8,725 nt of DNA from Octopus sinensis. Lineage: Eukaryota. The stretch covers positions 1-8,725 of the forward strand of contig NW_021828385.1 of the NCBI RefSeq assembly GCF_006345805.1. The letters run 5' to 3'. Below, one piece after another: positions 7,841-8,725 of this stretch. The translations under genes and the position numbers were made by a program. The notes beneath the pieces are model-generated. The model made no database searches. It was not told the origin of the DNA and worked only from the letters and a program-made list of their open reading frames with translations. Numbering within the stretch: the first letter of the stretch is position 1; each line of letters opens with the position of its first letter.

Positions 7841-8060
7841 TATTTCTTTACTACCCAAAAGGGGCTAAACGCAGAAAGGACAAACGGATTAAGTCGATTA
7901 TATCGACCCCAGTGTGTAACTGGTACTTATTTAATCAACCCCGAAAGGATGAAAGGCAAAGTCGACTTCGGCGGAATTTGAACTCACACCGTAACAGCAG
8001 ACGAAATACCGCTAAGCATTTCACCCAGCGTGCTAACGTTTCTACCAGCTCGCCACCTTA
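7841..8060 (-). mobile_element. SINE family A, full-length copy 7b (tail type 2), inverted
   Basis: Reverse complement: TAAGGTGGCGAGCTGGTAGAAACG head through GTAGTAAAGAAATA tail. Confidence 0.92.
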
Positions 8061-8061
8061 T

Positions 8062-8153
8062 AATTAAATAAGTACCAGTTACGCACTGGGGTCGATGTAA
8101 TTGACTTAATCCTTGCTCCAAATTTGAGGCCTTGTGCTTCCAGTAGAAAGGAT
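8062..8153 (+). mobile_element. SINE family A, copy 6, 3' half (tail type 1)
   Basis: Restarts with the duplicated AATTAAATAAGTACC (8062-8076) and continues AGTTACGCACTGGGGTCGATG...AGTAGAAAGGAT. Confidence 0.88.
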
Positions 8154-8199
8154 CAATATTATTACGATTGTTATTATTATTATTATCATCACTGTTATT

Positions 8200-8416
8200 A
8201 AGGTAGTGAACTAGCAGAAGTGTTAGCACGCCAGGCAAAACAGTCAGCGGCATTTCAGCTGTCCTTATGTTCCGAGTTCAAATTCCGCCAAGGTTGACTT
8301 TGCCTTTTGTCCTTTCAGGGTCGATGAATTAAGTACTAGTGAAATACTGGGGTCAATGTAATCAACCAATACCCTCCCCCAAAACTTCAAGGCCTTATAC
8401 CTTCAGTAGAAAGGAT
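8200..8416 (+). mobile_element. SINE family A, copy 8 (tail type 1)
   Basis: Diverged head AAGGTAGTGAACTAGCAGAAG, GAGTTCAAATTCCGCC, tail AAAACTTCAAGGCCTTATACCTTCAGTAGAAAGGAT. Confidence 0.9.
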
Positions 8417-8420
8417 AATA

Positions 8421-8725
8421 TACTCTTTACTCTCTTTTACTCTTTTACTTCTTTCAGTCATTTGACTGCGGCCATGCTGGAGCACCACCTTTAGTCGAGC
8501 AAATAGACCCCGGAACTTATTCTTTGTAAGCCCAGTACTTATTCTATCTGTCTCTTTTGCCGAACTGCTAAGTGACGGGGACATAAACACACCAGCATCA
8601 GTTGTCAAGCAATGCTAGGGGGACAAACACAGACACACAAACACACACACACACACACATACATATATAATATATACATATATACGACGGGCTTCTTTCA
8701 GTTTCCATCTACCAAATCCACTCAC
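8421..8725 (-). mobile_element. 3' part of a second SINE family (B) with an internal (TG)/(TA) microsatellite and an (AAGAGTA)n-like tail; head lies beyond the window
   Basis: The minus strand reads GTGAGTGGATTTGGTAGATGGAAACTGAAAGAAGCCCGTCG-(TA/TG)n-...GGTGCTCCAGCATGGCCGCAGTCAAATGACTGAAAG and ends in AGTAAAAG repeats. I recall it as an octopus tRNA/CORE-type SINE; the family name is not verified. Confidence 0.75.

Noticed and set aside
4775-8416. Recurring palindromic repeats separated by variable sequence, superficially CRISPR-like or tRNA-like
   Set aside because: Units are ~220-bp diverged SINEs with irregular spacing in eukaryotic DNA. The heads have A/B-box-like motifs but no complete cloverleaf.
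5752-8608. Short ORFs at 5752, 6381, 6531, 6562, 7109, 7177, 7356, 7831, 7984 and 8387
   Set aside because: All lie within SINE or other retroelement copies, or trinucleotide arrays. Their mutual similarity (e.g. ISTPVCNWYLFN) reflects the repeat family.

Overview
AT-rich, repeat-saturated eukaryotic DNA, intronic or intergenic. The repeat families look like those of octopod cephalopods (Octopus); this is recognition from memory, not a database search. No intact protein-coding gene is supported. Almost all ORFs in the track are translations of microsatellites or SINEs. 1-2030 is a compound (CA)/(TA) microsatellite field with a dispersed ~65-bp motif. 2120-3140 holds (ATT)n, (GCT/ACT)n and (AAAC)n tracts around a ~200-bp unique island. 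3183-4500 is a higher-order (GGT/GAT)n array. It sits directly behind a strong splice-acceptor-like site and has a hidden 236-codon Gly/Asp/Ser frame with no start codon, broken by three identical +1 junctions. 4500-8725 is an almost unbroken chain of retroelements separated by (ATT)n tracts. It includes about ten copies or fragments of one tRNA-headed SINE family with three alternative 3' tails, and a decayed R4/Dong-type LINE endonuclease C-terminus sitting inside a TAA array. It also includes other LINE/SINE 3' ends, an inverted SINE dimer nested in another SINE with a 15-bp target-site duplication, and a second SINE family running off the right edge.
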